Shown: positions 27,101 to 39,306 of the stretch, piece by piece
Numbering within the stretch: the stretch's first letter is position 1
How the letters are laid out: the number at the start of each line of letters is the position of its first letter
Source of the DNA: Octopus sinensis
Lineage: Eukaryota
Assembly (NCBI RefSeq): GCF_006345805.1
Contig: NC_042997.1
Span: 4,650,001-4,714,000, forward strand
DNA: 64,000 nucleotides
Direction: 5' to 3'
Translations under genes and position numbers: made by a program
Notes under the pieces: generated by a model
What the model saw: only the letters and a program-made list of their open reading frames with translations
The model's database searches: none
What the model was told of the DNA's origin: nothing

Positions 27101-28642
27101 GAATAGCAGTTTGATTATCTTGTATTGCTTTGATTATGTTCGTAGACCGGTTTAAACAGCATGTTTGAGGTCTGTTTATATAGCAATTTGCTGAAAATTG
27201 TATATGTTTATGTTATGATTAGGTTATTATACTAAATATGTAGTGCAACAGGCTTTTCGTTTGTATGACCATGGATATGAGTATTTAAAATGTGGCACTT
27301 TCAGGATAATGTTTAAGGTGTGTCATATGGATAGGTAAATCCTGATACCTTGATATAATGTACGTCCGAAGATTTTATATGTATCAACACGTATACCGAA
27401 TATTACATATAATTATCCAAAATAAACCGGGTTGTGAATTTATCCTCTTAATAAATATCATTCCAAGATTTTATGATATTATTTTTCTATATTTTTCTTC
27501 GTTATGTATTTAAGCCATAATCTACCATATTTATCACTGCCTACGCCACTGATGCTATTATTTTTATCTGAAAATATTAATTTATTGCTCTAGGTTTTTA
27601 ATATTTTTTATGTCCTTCCTAATTTTATTTTACAAAGTTTATTTATGAAACATGATGTCTATTAGTAAATTTAAAACTTCTGCCAAGCTCGAATAGTGGG
27701 TGTTGCTTTCGACCACTTATATCTTAACATTGCGTGTATGTTGTTAATATCGCTATGTAAAAGGAAATAAAACAAGGAAGCTGTCACACAAATCTCACAT
27801 CTGTTCAGTTAATAGAATTATGCATTTTTAACGAATTTGTGACATTATATAAATTTTCTATTTCACTATAATATATGTAATGTCAAAGCACTCAGTGTAT
27901 CGAGGTATTTACAAAGAAATCGTACTGCTGGTACATATGTATATAATGAAAACCTCAATGCTATTCCAGCTTGCTTTCTTTTACTCTAAAATAAATTTAG
28001 ATACTAATAAACATGTGAAATCTTTATGCTAGTAGAGCAGAAGTATATTCTAAAATTGAATTTTTCATAGTTTTCCAAAAATTAGACTTAGTGTTATAAA
28101 ATATGTATGTTATCCGGTCATAAAATCACTCCATAATGTCAATACACGATCAGAACAATCAACGAATGGAGGAAGATCACAAATGTAAGACAAAGAAAGA
28201 GAAATTCTCATTTTAATTTGGGTGACAAATGTAAAACTATATGTAACGAGTTTTGATGTTCGATTGAATTTCCATTAAATTCATATTCATTTATATTCCT
28301 CATATTTATTCGGACAATAATTAACAGAGAAAGTAAGACAGAATTAAATATATATCTCCTAGTACGATTAAAAGATTGTTTTTTCCATATATCTCATGAA
28401 TGAATTTCAAAATAGGAGCCAAAGATGCTTTGCATGGTATAATGAATGGATTAAGACAATGTGAAAATATCAAACAGACAAATGTCTAACTATTTTAGAA
28501 TTTATTCCTGATCTATATATCATAGAACTCCTATACTTAATGTATGTATAAATCTATACCTATGTCTATCTATATCTATGTCTATCTATATCTATGTCTA
28601 TCTATCTGCCTATCTATCTATATCTATATCTATATTTATCTA

Positions 28643-28691
<49 letters not shown>

Positions 28692-28696
<5 letters not shown>

Positions 28697-29582
28697 TATA
28701 AATTAGTGTATCTAAGTGATACCACCATGGTGAAAATAGCAACCATGATCTGACTCTAAAACCACCTTATTTGTCCATATATTAACTCGGAATGAAAACA
28801 AAGAGACAATATGAAACTAGTAAAACATTATTGGATAATTCTAGATCCCAGATTTCTGACTTTGCATTTAGGAATGCTTTGCCTCTGGGATTTAGAATTA
28901 TCCAGCAAATTGTTACTAGTTTCATCCTGTCTTTTCCTTTTCTCTCCGTTTTGATATATGGACAATTAAGGTGGTTTTAGAGTCAGATCATGGCTGCTAT
29001 TATCTCGTATAGCCTAATTTATAATTTTAATAATTATTACCTTTGAAGGTTATTTTTTCCACTTGATAAAATCGTTATTTTATTTCAAATTGACGATCTT
29101 ATTCTTATTTATATAAATTCAATTTTATTTCGTCCCTTTTTTTACTGCGGAGATATTTTGACCATACCTCACATGGAAATAAACGGCGGGCATTTTGAAC
29201 TGTCCATGATGCATACGTGCATATACATGCAGCTATAAGTTCGTATATGTAAGTATTCGTATGTTGTATTTATATATGTATGTATTTATGTTTCTTTTCT
29301 GTGTGTGTTCTACTGACGAGGCTGAGAATTCCTAAATGCAAAGTCAGAAATCCAGGATCTAGAGTTATCCAGTAATGTTTTACTAGTTTCATCTTGTCTC
29401 TTTCTTTTCACTCCGTGTTGATATATGGACAATTAAGTTGGTTTTAGAGTCAGATCATGGCTGCTATTTTCAGCATGGTGGTATCTCGTAGATACCCTAA
29501 TCTATAATTTAAATAATTAGTAACTTTGAAGTTTATCTTTGACCATTTGATAAAATCATTATTTTATTTTAGATTAACGACC
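28692..29582. repeat. Three-copy foldback structure: inverted copy A (~28692-28880), direct copy C (~28884-29095), direct copy B (~29307-29582)
   Basis: GGAT(C/T)TAGA(A/G)TTATCCAG...ACTAGTTTCATC...GATATATGGACAATTAAG.TGGTTTTAGAGTCAGATCATGGCTGCTATT occurs at C and B and as the reverse complement at A. Confidence 0.85.
29307..29365 (+). ncRNA. Hammerhead ribozyme candidate with atypical extra A before GAAA
   Basis: GTTCTA-CTGACGA-GGCT...AGTC-a-GAAA-TCC-a-GGA-TC|TAGAGT; stems I and III pair; AUC triplet. Confidence 0.45.
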
Positions 29583-29606
29583 GTATATATATATATATAT
29601 ATATAT

Positions 29607-29651
<45 letters not shown>

Positions 29652-30420
29652 TAAGAATAATAATAGTAATAATGATGATAATAATAATAAAAGGTAAAAT
29701 TGATTAATCAATTAATAATTAATAATTTTACCAAATATTTCGGTAAGTTAAAAGAATAATTATCGGTATTTTTTTACAAACTTCTCTAAGTATGAGTATA
29801 ATTAGGGTTCAGCAAAAGTTTGCTTCACCACGTACAGAATTTTAGAAATAGCAGTTGAATTACTATTCTACTACCAAAATATATCTCCCAGACAGCAATA
29901 CCCAACAACTAACGCAGGTAAAAAGAAAAAATAACGAATCCACCGTCTCTGATTAACTATATAAGGGTTTCGGGGTTACAGAGATGTGAAAAATGTAAAA
30001 TGATATTTCTACACAATCATTCCCTATGTCAGTACAGTATTTCAAATTTGTAACTTGAAAGCGCTGATAATATATAGAATGTAGGATGAGTGAAATTATA
30101 TAACACGTGCATTTGTTATTCAACAACCTAATTTTCGTATGGCATTTCTAACGGAAAATCTGATATACCGGCGAAAATTGGTTTGTTCCTCAATAAATGC
30201 CACACATTACTTAACTTTCCAGAGTTAATGTCAAAACAGTAGTCATTTATAAAGGACAATATATGCTTGTCGATTTCGTTTTCATGTGTGGCTTAGGTTA
30301 ATGCCTAGATTGTTCACCACGATTATAAGTACATTTTGGTGTTGTTACAAAAATCTATTGACCATTCAATGTAACCCACATGAGTCATTGACTACTTTGT
30401 TACTTAAGACACAATTAGGC

Positions 30421-30475
<55 letters not shown>

Positions 30476-30479
30476 TGTA

Positions 30480-30537
<58 letters not shown>

Positions 30538-30545
30538 AGTATATA

Positions 30546-30596
<51 letters not shown>

Positions 30597-30793
30597 TATA
30601 TTAGAAATATGTTACAAAAAGAAAATATATATAACACGTGGAAGTGTAAGGGGAAAATATGTAAAATCAACGAAAATGCACGTTGTGAATAAAAAAAGCT
30701 TTTTTTATGAAAGGTAACGACAAATATATATATTTAGATGAACTGAGGTAGTAATAAAAGTCATTATTATGAGATGATTATAAAATCATAAAA

Positions 30794-32063
30794 CAAAGCA
30801 TACCATGGTTTCCGCAAAGATATTCATTGCTTTGAATACACCGCCTAATACATGGTGTCAGGTCTAATAGTTCCTGAGAAAAAATATTATTTGTAAGGGA
30901 GGTTAGTAGTTCTGGATTATTTGTGAGGAAGGTAAGTAGTTCTGGATTTAGATATAGAATTGTAATGCGAATGGTGTAGGGAGTGTATAGGGGTTATTGG
31001 TTTAAATTGAAGGGTTAGTGGTGTTCTGTATTGAGTTGCGTGTTCATATTTAGTTGGGGGAGATATTTATTGTTGACAAATACCTCTTTATTCAACTTTT
31101 GTTGCATTGTGGTGTTCTGTGAAAATTGATAGAAGGGGATGATTTGGAAATTAGGATTAATATTCCTGGCACACCTTTCGATGTGTTCACACACCTTTAA
31201 CTGTCTGTATTGTGGGTGGCGGATTTGCGCTTTGTGAAAGGTGGTTCTTTGACGGAGTGAAATCTCTGTTTGTCCAATATAGCGGTTACCACATCCTATG
31301 CATGTCATGACATAGATTAGATTTTCTGAGGCGCAGTTGAAACTTGATTTGATTTGAAATATTTCTCCTTGTTTGAAGTGAAATTCTGAACCCTCCAAAA
31401 GGTGGGGGCATGTTCCACAGTTAGTACGTCCACATTTTCTTACCTTTGGCTCTGTTGTTAGTGGATATAGTCTTGCGCTGGTTAATATTTTTTTTCAGTG
31501 ACTTCGGTTGCTTTTTGCTGTTTATTATTTTGTATGAGCTTAAAATTTCGTTCGTGGTTTTGTCTGCTGTGAGGTTAGGAAGATTTTGGGTGATAATGTT
31601 GAAGGCTTCGTTGTTTCTAGGGTTATGTGTGGAAATGTACGGGAGTATTCTAAGTCTGGTTTAGTATTATGGCTAGTTTGCCTTAACATTTGTATATCTA
31701 TTTCCTTAGCTCTTTTAATGCCTTCATTTATTAATGAGATTGGGTAAGGTCTTTTAATTAGTGTTGATCTAAGTTCAAGGAGTCTTATTCACGAGTATAT
31801 TTATCCGAAACTATGGTACAGTTTCTTTTCGCTAGATTAAAGGGTATATTAATTTTTATGTGTTTGGGGTGGCAAGAATTAAATAATATGTATTGTTTAG
31901 AATCTGCGGGTTTATAAAAGATGTCTGTATCTATGTGGTTGTTATCTTTTTAAAGATGTCTAGAAAAGAGAGTTGTTTACTGTTGTGTTCCAAGTGAATT
32001 GTATATTGCTATGTATGTTGTTAAGCATTATTTTGAAATCTAGGAGTTTATCCATGCTGTTTT

Positions 32064-32149
<86 letters not shown>

Positions 32150-32230
32150 TGCTTACATATGATTACCTCTATTTCACCGATTAAGTTCATTGTTCTTGCA
32201 AGGGAAGGACAAACGATATATGTGTTTTCG
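30794..32230 (-). mobile_element. Penelope-like retroelement 3' portion (RT end, Cys-linker, GIY-YIG, 3' flank with fossil HHR), split by (TA)n at ~32067-32147
   Basis: ORF 31015-31398 NCASENLIYVMTCIGCGNRYIGQTEISLRQRTTFHKAQIRHP; upstream KVRKCGRTNCGTCP; LLDFKIMLNNIHSNIQFT from the RT region. Confidence 0.88.
31015..31398 (-). pseudogene. GIY-YIG endonuclease domain of the Penelope-like element
   Basis: LIY-x-TC-x2-C-x3-YIGQT motif plus downstream R and H residues typical of the domain. Confidence 0.85.
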
Positions 32231-32617
32231 AGTATTAGGCTTCCGCTTCCTTTCTAAATATTTCCGTGGAATAAAATCCATAATACTTTATGAAATTTAT
32301 TTTGTATTTCAATTTAATATGTGTATCGGTTATTATTAATGAGATAAATGATATATCTCATCTAGCAAAAACAAAAAAAGAGTATGCAAGCATGTTCTAT
32401 TACTGATATTCATTTGATTAATAAAATTAAAATAATATACCTTGGAAGGACAAATATACGTAACATCAATTAATATATATATAGAAGTTAATTACATTGT
32501 TTACGAAGTACACCGACTAAAATTTGAACGAAAGATTAATACGGGATAATATGAAATATAATTAAACAAGAATATACAGGCACTTAATAATATTGTCAAT
32601 GATAACCTAGCAGTTAT

Positions 32618-32789
32618 AGGCGCAGGAATGGCTGTGTGGTAAGTAGCTTGCTAACCAACCACATGGTTCCGGGTTCAGTCCCACTCCGTGGCATCTTGGG
32701 CAAGTGTCTTCTACTATAGCCCTGGGCCAACCAATTCCTTGTGAGTGGATATGGTACACGGAAACTGAAAGGAGCCTGTCGTACATATG

Positions 32790-32826
<37 letters not shown>

Positions 32827-33017
32827 CCCTAGCATTACTTGTCAACCGATGCTGGTGTGTTTACGTCCCCGTCACTTAGTGGTTAGGCAAAAGAGACCGA
32901 TAGAATAAGTACTGGGCTTACAAAGAATAAGTCCCGGGGTCGATTTGGTCGACTAAAGGTGGTGCTCCAGCATGGCCGCAGTCAAAATGACTGAAACAAG
33001 TAAAAGAGTAAAGAGAG
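32618..33017 (+). mobile_element. Full-length tRNA-derived SINE with central microsatellite and LINE-like 3' tail
   Basis: A-box-like TGGCTGTGTGG 32629-32639, B-box-like GGTTCAGTCCC 32672-32682, (TA)n(TG)n middle, 3' GGTGGTGCTCCAGCATGGCCGCAGTCAAAATGACTGAAAC 32958-32997, then GTAAAAGA-type repeats. Confidence 0.92.
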
Positions 33018-33368
33018 AGTTATAAACGAAAGCAAACATGGATAACTAAATATTGAATGGAAGTATAATTAAGAAGGAAATAGCAAATTGGAATCTTCAG
33101 AATATACCAAATATTTATGAAAAGATAGAGAATCAGATAGACATAATGAAGACGATAAAAGCAGATCTAGAACTAACAATTTAATAGATTCGTTTCACAA
33201 GGTACTAAAATAACACAAATAATAAAAAAATTGCAAAAAAAGGAATTCAACAAAGATGACATATCAATACTAAGAATGATATCTAGAAACCAAAATAAAT
33301 ATCATGGAGCATCAACGTGAATTCGTACTACACATAAAAATAAAAATTAAAAATAAAAACAGTATGAA

Positions 33369-33424
33369 GTATCTATATGTTCTCTTTTCGTTAAAGTAAT
33401 AACGAAAAGAGAACATATAGATAC
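33369..33424. other. Perfect 25-bp inverted repeat with 6-nt loop
   Basis: GTATCTATATGTTCTCTTTTCGTTA (33369-33393), AAGTAA loop, TAACGAAAAGAGAACATATAGATAC (33400-33424). Confidence 0.95.
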
Positions 33425-33559
33425 CACAACAGATAGGATAAAATGAACTTATTTTGTTTGTATTTTTATTTCTGTTATTTTTGTTTAATTTGTATTTTAT
33501 TTATTCTATTTATTTATTTATTTAATTATCTGTCAATTTGGGGTGGTGGATGAGTTGAG

Positions 33560-34980
33560 TGCGCCATCACTTATAAAATACCTCAAAGGCCTGTGCATGG
33601 TCTATCCTCTGACAGTAGCCCGACTCCTTCGGCAAATTAACAGGAGAAGAGTAGGAAAAGGCGAGTATCTGGTGCCTTCAAATAATTAGTGCTCCGGGTA
33701 GGCTGTACTCGTTAGCCTTGGATGGCAAGCGGTCAATGAGAAGAAACACCCTGGGTAAAACACCAATGGACCAAGAGCCCTGCTATCTTGGCGGATTACC
33801 CTGATAGAGATGGTGTCACAATAAAAATATTGGTTGATAGTAACCTAAAAACTTATCAAATTTGTGAGTGAAAATGCCAAGCAAAATAGATTACGATAAC
33901 GGTGTAAACGGGATTGGAAGCAATGATGAAGTTGCTGCACCCGTTAGGTGTCCCACTGCGCAGCAGATTGTGCCCGGTTGTAATCCAGGAACTGCTAAGT
34001 ATGTTACGAGACATAAGTGGAGTAAACAAGTAAAAATGATAGTTTTGGATGCGAATGGCTTGCCTGACAGAGTGTAAAGTAAAGGAATTCTCAGTGTATG
34101 GAAGGCAATGGAACTGTTGGAAATTAATCATGAGAGATTATGTGACCAAGCAAGAACAATACGAAAGAATGGATGACTAACAAAATTTGAGGTAGGAGCT
34201 ATTAAAGAAGGATATCGGGTGAGGCCTGATGAAGGCTGAAGTGTGTATCAGCCGAAACCTTCTGTTAAGAACAAACAAGATGAGGACAAAGATGGACAAT
34301 TGTTCACACGAATATAATACCATGAATTGTGAAAGAAGCGAGATCAGTAACTACTCACTCAATGAAGATAGATTAATAATAGAGAATTTTGGATCTGTTA
34401 AATACGGTAGTGACAGTATTTATGTGCGAATTTAAGAAGGCTAATCAAGAGACGAATAAAGTCAATAATGTACTGAGACATATTGAAACAAATAACTTCA
34501 CACAAACGATTAATCTTGTCAACGCTCCTAGTAGGATTGTAGCGGAACGGATGCGTACTACAGAGAATAGAACAACGGCAGATAGAAGGGAAAATAAACA
34601 ACCGTGGTGAAAGAGGAGATTTTCTGAAGATATAGAGTTTTTGAAAAGTGTAGTGCCAATACTTGCCATGAACAGAAATGGAGAACTTAAAATGAATGAA
34701 AATTCGAAAAAGTTAGGAAGATATATCGTGTAGATACAAAAGGGCTGAATGTTGTAATTGAAGAACTGAAGAAGCGCATACATACAAAAATGCAGAGGTA
34801 ACTAGGTTTGAACAACGTATTAATCAATACCAGAAAAACAATTTCTTTAGAAACGAACAAATGAGATTTTACCAAGAGATTAACGACAATAAAGAAGGTG
34901 AAAGATTAGTCTCTGATTCTGATGAAAGTCGACTTTTCTGGGGTAAGGTATTCAGTAAGCAAAAACAACATAATTCTACA
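33560..34980 (+). mobile_element. R4/Dong-like (RLE-clade) non-LTR retrotransposon, 5' leader and decayed N-terminal ORF
   Basis: RHKWSKQVKMIV, ERLCDQARTIRKNG*LTKFE, KQPW*KRRISEDI, VIEELKKRI, RFEQRINQYQKN...RFYQEIN...ESRLFW. These resemble the N-terminal region of R4-clade ORFs. Confidence 0.7.
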
Positions 34981-34984
34981 GACA

Positions 34985-36360
34985 TTTGGAAATTATCTAT
35001 AGCATTCCCCAATCGGTAAGTCCTCTAAAAGAGACTTGGAGACTTGTCGGTTCGTTGTCTTCGACGCATAATTTCTCCCCGAATATATCATCGCATTTCC
35101 CCACTACTAATTCTCTGTATATAGCAAGAGTTGTCCAGCCATCGCCCCCATTGCTCGACTTGTAAGAGGGAAGTGAACGCCTAATGACATTCTAAGTGTC
35201 AGGCGTCCAGTCTCGGCCTGTCCTTTAACCAGGAACACGGCTCAGTCAAGGAGACGAGCTGCAGAAAGACGTATCTCACAAACGCAGCCCACAAACGTTC
35301 ACCGTCCAGAAATACGTGCAGTGGCACAACCCGAGTGCATATCTGCGCATCAAAAGTCATGCCATGCTAAGCATCCACGCAGAGGGAGCTGACAGCGGAC
35401 CGACCGCCTAATCATCGGAACGCGTCCCTTTCAGAGGAAAATAAAGAGGATATGCTCCAATCTAATCAAGCAGAAACTATGGCAACCCTGTTTAGCATCT
35501 CCTCCTAATTCTTATCCACTCGGACGTTGGATCCAAAGCAGAACCCGAGTACTTTATCTACTACGCTGTCCGGTGGCATCCATCTGCGTCACCAGGTGCC
35601 TACTCGCAATCCCACCAACTTTTCGGCGCTGATTTTTGCCCGTAACCAACGTATATTCATTAACAATTGAGCTATACGTCTCCACTTCGTAGGCGTCCGG
35701 CACCATGACGATAACGTCGTCCGTGTATGCAGATACTGCTTTCCCGTGTCTAATATAGAAAGAGCTGCCATTTGGATGTTTCAACTTCCGCAGCAGTGAC
35801 TCGAGACCTAGCACATACAGAAAAGGTGACAGCGGGTAGCCCTGAAGGATCGAATGTGCTATAATAACCGGCCCCTATAGGTGACCATTTACTTTTATCA
35901 CCGAGCAGATGCCACTGTACATTGCAGCAATCCAGCCTCTGAAAACGGGTCCAAAACCGACCACTTTCAGGACGGCTTCCAAATAGCAATGTTCTACCCA
36001 CTCGAAAGGTTTCGACTGATCTAAGTTGATCAGGGCTCCTCCAAAGGTTGATTTAGTCGCAGGCTCTCTACGATCTATCGCATATGGTAGAGGTTGTCTT
36101 GAATAGACTCGCTGTGGTTTACCTATGTTTGTGCCTCCCCAACCAGACTACCAATGACAAGCGCCAACCCTTTCGCAAATACCTTCACCAAAATGTTAAA
36201 CTTTGTGTTTATCAGATTTATGAGCCGAAAGCTCCCTGCCACGTCCCGATTGTCGGCGTCCTGTCTCAGCAGTGTTATCACACCCCGGCTAACAGCACTA
36301 GGAACTCTCCCTGCCAGGTACTGTAGACAGCTGCCAAGAAACTGCAAAACAAATCTGGCA
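34985..36360 (-). mobile_element. L1/Tx1-clade reverse transcriptase fragment, decayed
   Basis: GVITLLRQD...FRLINLINTKFNILVKVFAKGL, ALINLDQSKPFE, LESLLRKL...SAYTDDVIVMV (YADD motif). Confidence 0.82.
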
Positions 36361-37365
36361 TGAAAACGGAATTCGTAGGACAGACCATCTAAAACAGGCG
36401 ATTTATCTGTTCCGTCGTGACGAAATACGACTGAGATCCTGTTTCTTCAGCATAGAAGTTGCTAGATATAGTGCTCGTAAAATTTAATCTGTTACCTTAG
36501 TGTACAGCATAATTTGCATATTTTCGATTCCGACGTTTCATGTTCTCAGAGATGATATTCTCTCTAATTACTATATTCATTGCCTTCTCTCTAATTATTA
36601 ATATCTTCTGCTTGAAATATATATTGTTAAATTAGTAACAAACTGTCCGCAGTTTTTTTTTCTTATGAGAAAATGTTTAAATGCTGTTACTGTTACACGT
36701 GTACTGCCTGTGATTGCTCCACATAATTGTCAATAGAAAGCCATCCTCTCAGCATTCAAATGAATTATTTAACTATGTATTTCTCTGAAAAGGAATAAGG
36801 GTTATCAAATGAGAATATCACAAAAGATTATTCAAACCAGCTAACTATCCTGCTGAACAAAGAATATGAGATTTCTGCAAAGTAAATCTCGGCAATAATC
36901 TTTTAATCTAATAGTTGCATTCACACATCAAACCTCTCAGATTTATATTTTAGGCGGGGTTTTGAGGACCTAACAAAAGGTATTTCTTGAAATTTCAAAT
37001 TGAACCATAGTGTGCAACATGCTCTCTGCACCCACTGCCGATGATCACACTCAGTGCATCAACACCTGTTGTCTCCATGTGGCAATTGATCATGAATCGT
37101 TTCATCGAGTTTGTCTTTTAGAGCGAACCTGTGTGTCTTAATTTATTTCAGGCTCTCTTTTCAAAGAAAAGCCGTAACATCATTCAACTTACAAGTTATG
37201 GTCCGTTGATATTACTTCTGTACTTATAGTGATTATGGAAACTTGCAACGAGACCACAAGACACAACAAATTAATGCAATACAATACTGGGAAGAATTTG
37301 CACCACCCTAACAGGAGATGTAGCATATGGTGCAGTAGAAATCTATCTGAAAATTACAAATGTCG

Positions 37366-37390
37366 AATAATAATAATAATGATGACGATT

Positions 37391-37421
<31 letters not shown>

Positions 37422-37527
37422 CGACGATGATGATGACGATGATGGTGACGATGATCATGATGAATATGATGATGATGATGATGATAATAAGGGTAATGAT
37501 AAAAACTATGATAATAATAATAATAAT

Positions 37528-37583
<56 letters not shown>

Positions 37584-37657
37584 GAAGAAGAAGAAGAAGA
37601 GAAGAAGAAGAAGAAGAAGAAGAAGAAGAAGACGGAGAAGAAGAAGAAGACGAAGAC

Positions 37658-37692
<35 letters not shown>

Positions 37693-37762
37693 AGAAGAAG
37701 AAGAAGAAGAAGAACAACAACAACAACAACAACAACAACAGCAGCAACAGCAACAACAACAA
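37366..37762 (+). repeat. Compound trinucleotide array (AAT)-(GAT/GAC)-(AAT)-(AAG/GAA)-(CAA/CAG)
   Basis: Directly visible; explains the poly-N/D/K/R/E/Q ORFs. Confidence 0.95.
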
Positions 37763-37764
37763 TA

Positions 37765-38247
37765 GCAATGAAGAATGTCACAATTGGCATACCTGAAAAA
37801 TTTGTTTCAAGGACTGAAAACAAGAACTCATCATATTCAGTAACAAAACAGGCTAAGGAATATCGAAGTGAATTCAGAAACAGAAGGGTATATCATAGCA
37901 GCCGAAAATTAATGTCTACCTACAAGGAACTATCAAGCCAACGTATTAAAGAACGGCAGCTGCCAAAGATGTCATGTATGTCAACAACCAAATGAAACCA
38001 TTGATCATGTTCTCTCTATGTGCAGTCTTCTGTTGAGATACATTGTATCTCAACAGGTATGATATAGCAGCACTGGGTAACTTGCAAATGCTTCGACCTT
38101 CCCCATGATAAAATCTGGTGGGAACCAAAAAACCACCTGCAGTACTTGAAAATGATCACATCTCGCTCCTCTGGAACTTAATCATTCAAAGTGACAGAAA
38201 GACAGTTGCGAATAGACCAGACATTACATTGAAACACTTCAGACAAA
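37765..38247 (+). mobile_element. R4/Dong-like RLE fragment
   Basis: PPAVLENDHISLLWNLIIQSDRKTVANRPDI (the W...IQTD...RPD motif of the RLE domain). Confidence 0.72.
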
Positions 38248-38261
38248 TGCTACTACTACTG

Positions 38262-38341
<80 letters not shown>

Positions 38342-38432
38342 GCTGCACTACTACTATTACTACCACCACCACCACCACCACTAATACTACTACTAATAAT
38401 AATGATAATAATAATACTCATCATCGTCGTCG

Positions 38433-38479
<47 letters not shown>

Positions 38480-38522
38480 GTCGTCGTCGTTGACATCATC
38501 ATTCATTATTATTATTATTATT
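38248..38522 (+). repeat. Compound trinucleotide array (CTA)-(CTG)-(CCA)-(AAT)-(CAT/CGT)-(ATT)
   Basis: Directly visible. Confidence 0.95.
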
Positions 38523-38659
38523 GAATTATTTTCATAAAAATTACGGCAACCAAGACATCTTTCATTCTTTGGTACTATACTTGTGGAAAAGAGAAATATG
38601 TGTCTACTTAAGTAGGATACATGTAGCAATCCCGCTAAGCATGCAAGGCTCCAGGAGAT

Positions 38660-39166
38660 CCAACAATGTATGTGGTAAAGGGGAAAAAATAATAATCCCC
38701 AGACCTCCAGACAGACAATCTGTTGAAGCACCGAAGGCCAGACAAAGTAACCTTTACGCGGGACAAACAAGAGTACCAAATAATCAACATGGCAGTGCCA
38801 GGAGATCAACATATTATCACGAAAGAAATAGAAAATATTGATAAATATGGAGACCTGAGATCTAAGATCGTTCAGTTGTGGCAGCTCCAGGAGTTAAGCA
38901 AAGTTTGTCGTCCCTATTGTCATCGGAGTATTGTGTTCAGTACTACCTAATCTGGAAAAAAGGGAAATAAAAGCATCTGGAAACTTTATAAATACCCTAT
39001 AAACAAGGTATATTGCAAAAATTGGTATTACTTGAAACTGCCCGCATATTGCGTAACCCACTGGCCTTCTCAGCTCCATGTTACTTGAAAAAACACTACA
39101 AACCACTGGGAGACACACTATGTTCAATCAACAACATCACGATGATGGATAATGCGTGACGTCTCA
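38660..39166 (+). mobile_element. R4/Dong-like RLE 3' end running into (AAT)n (39167-39313)
   Basis: KHRRPDKV...IINMAVPGDQHIITKEIENIDKYGDL (PD..D/ExK-like), LQKLVLLETARILR; terminus GTCTCA then AAT repeats. Confidence 0.8.
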
Positions 39167-39248
39167 AATAATAACAATAATATTAATAACAATAATAACA
39201 ATAATAATAATAATGATAATAATAATAATAACAATAATAATAATAATG

Positions 39249-39306
<58 letters not shown>

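Noticed and set aside
36520-36555. Minus-strand CTGAGA-acat-GAAACGTC
   Set aside because: Core missing one base, no stem II and poor stem I; could be chance.
37229-37995. ORFs with poly-N/D/K/R/E/Q runs
   Set aside because: Trinucleotide microsatellite read-through, open in several frames and on both strands. The same applies to 56524-57051 and 41166-41466.
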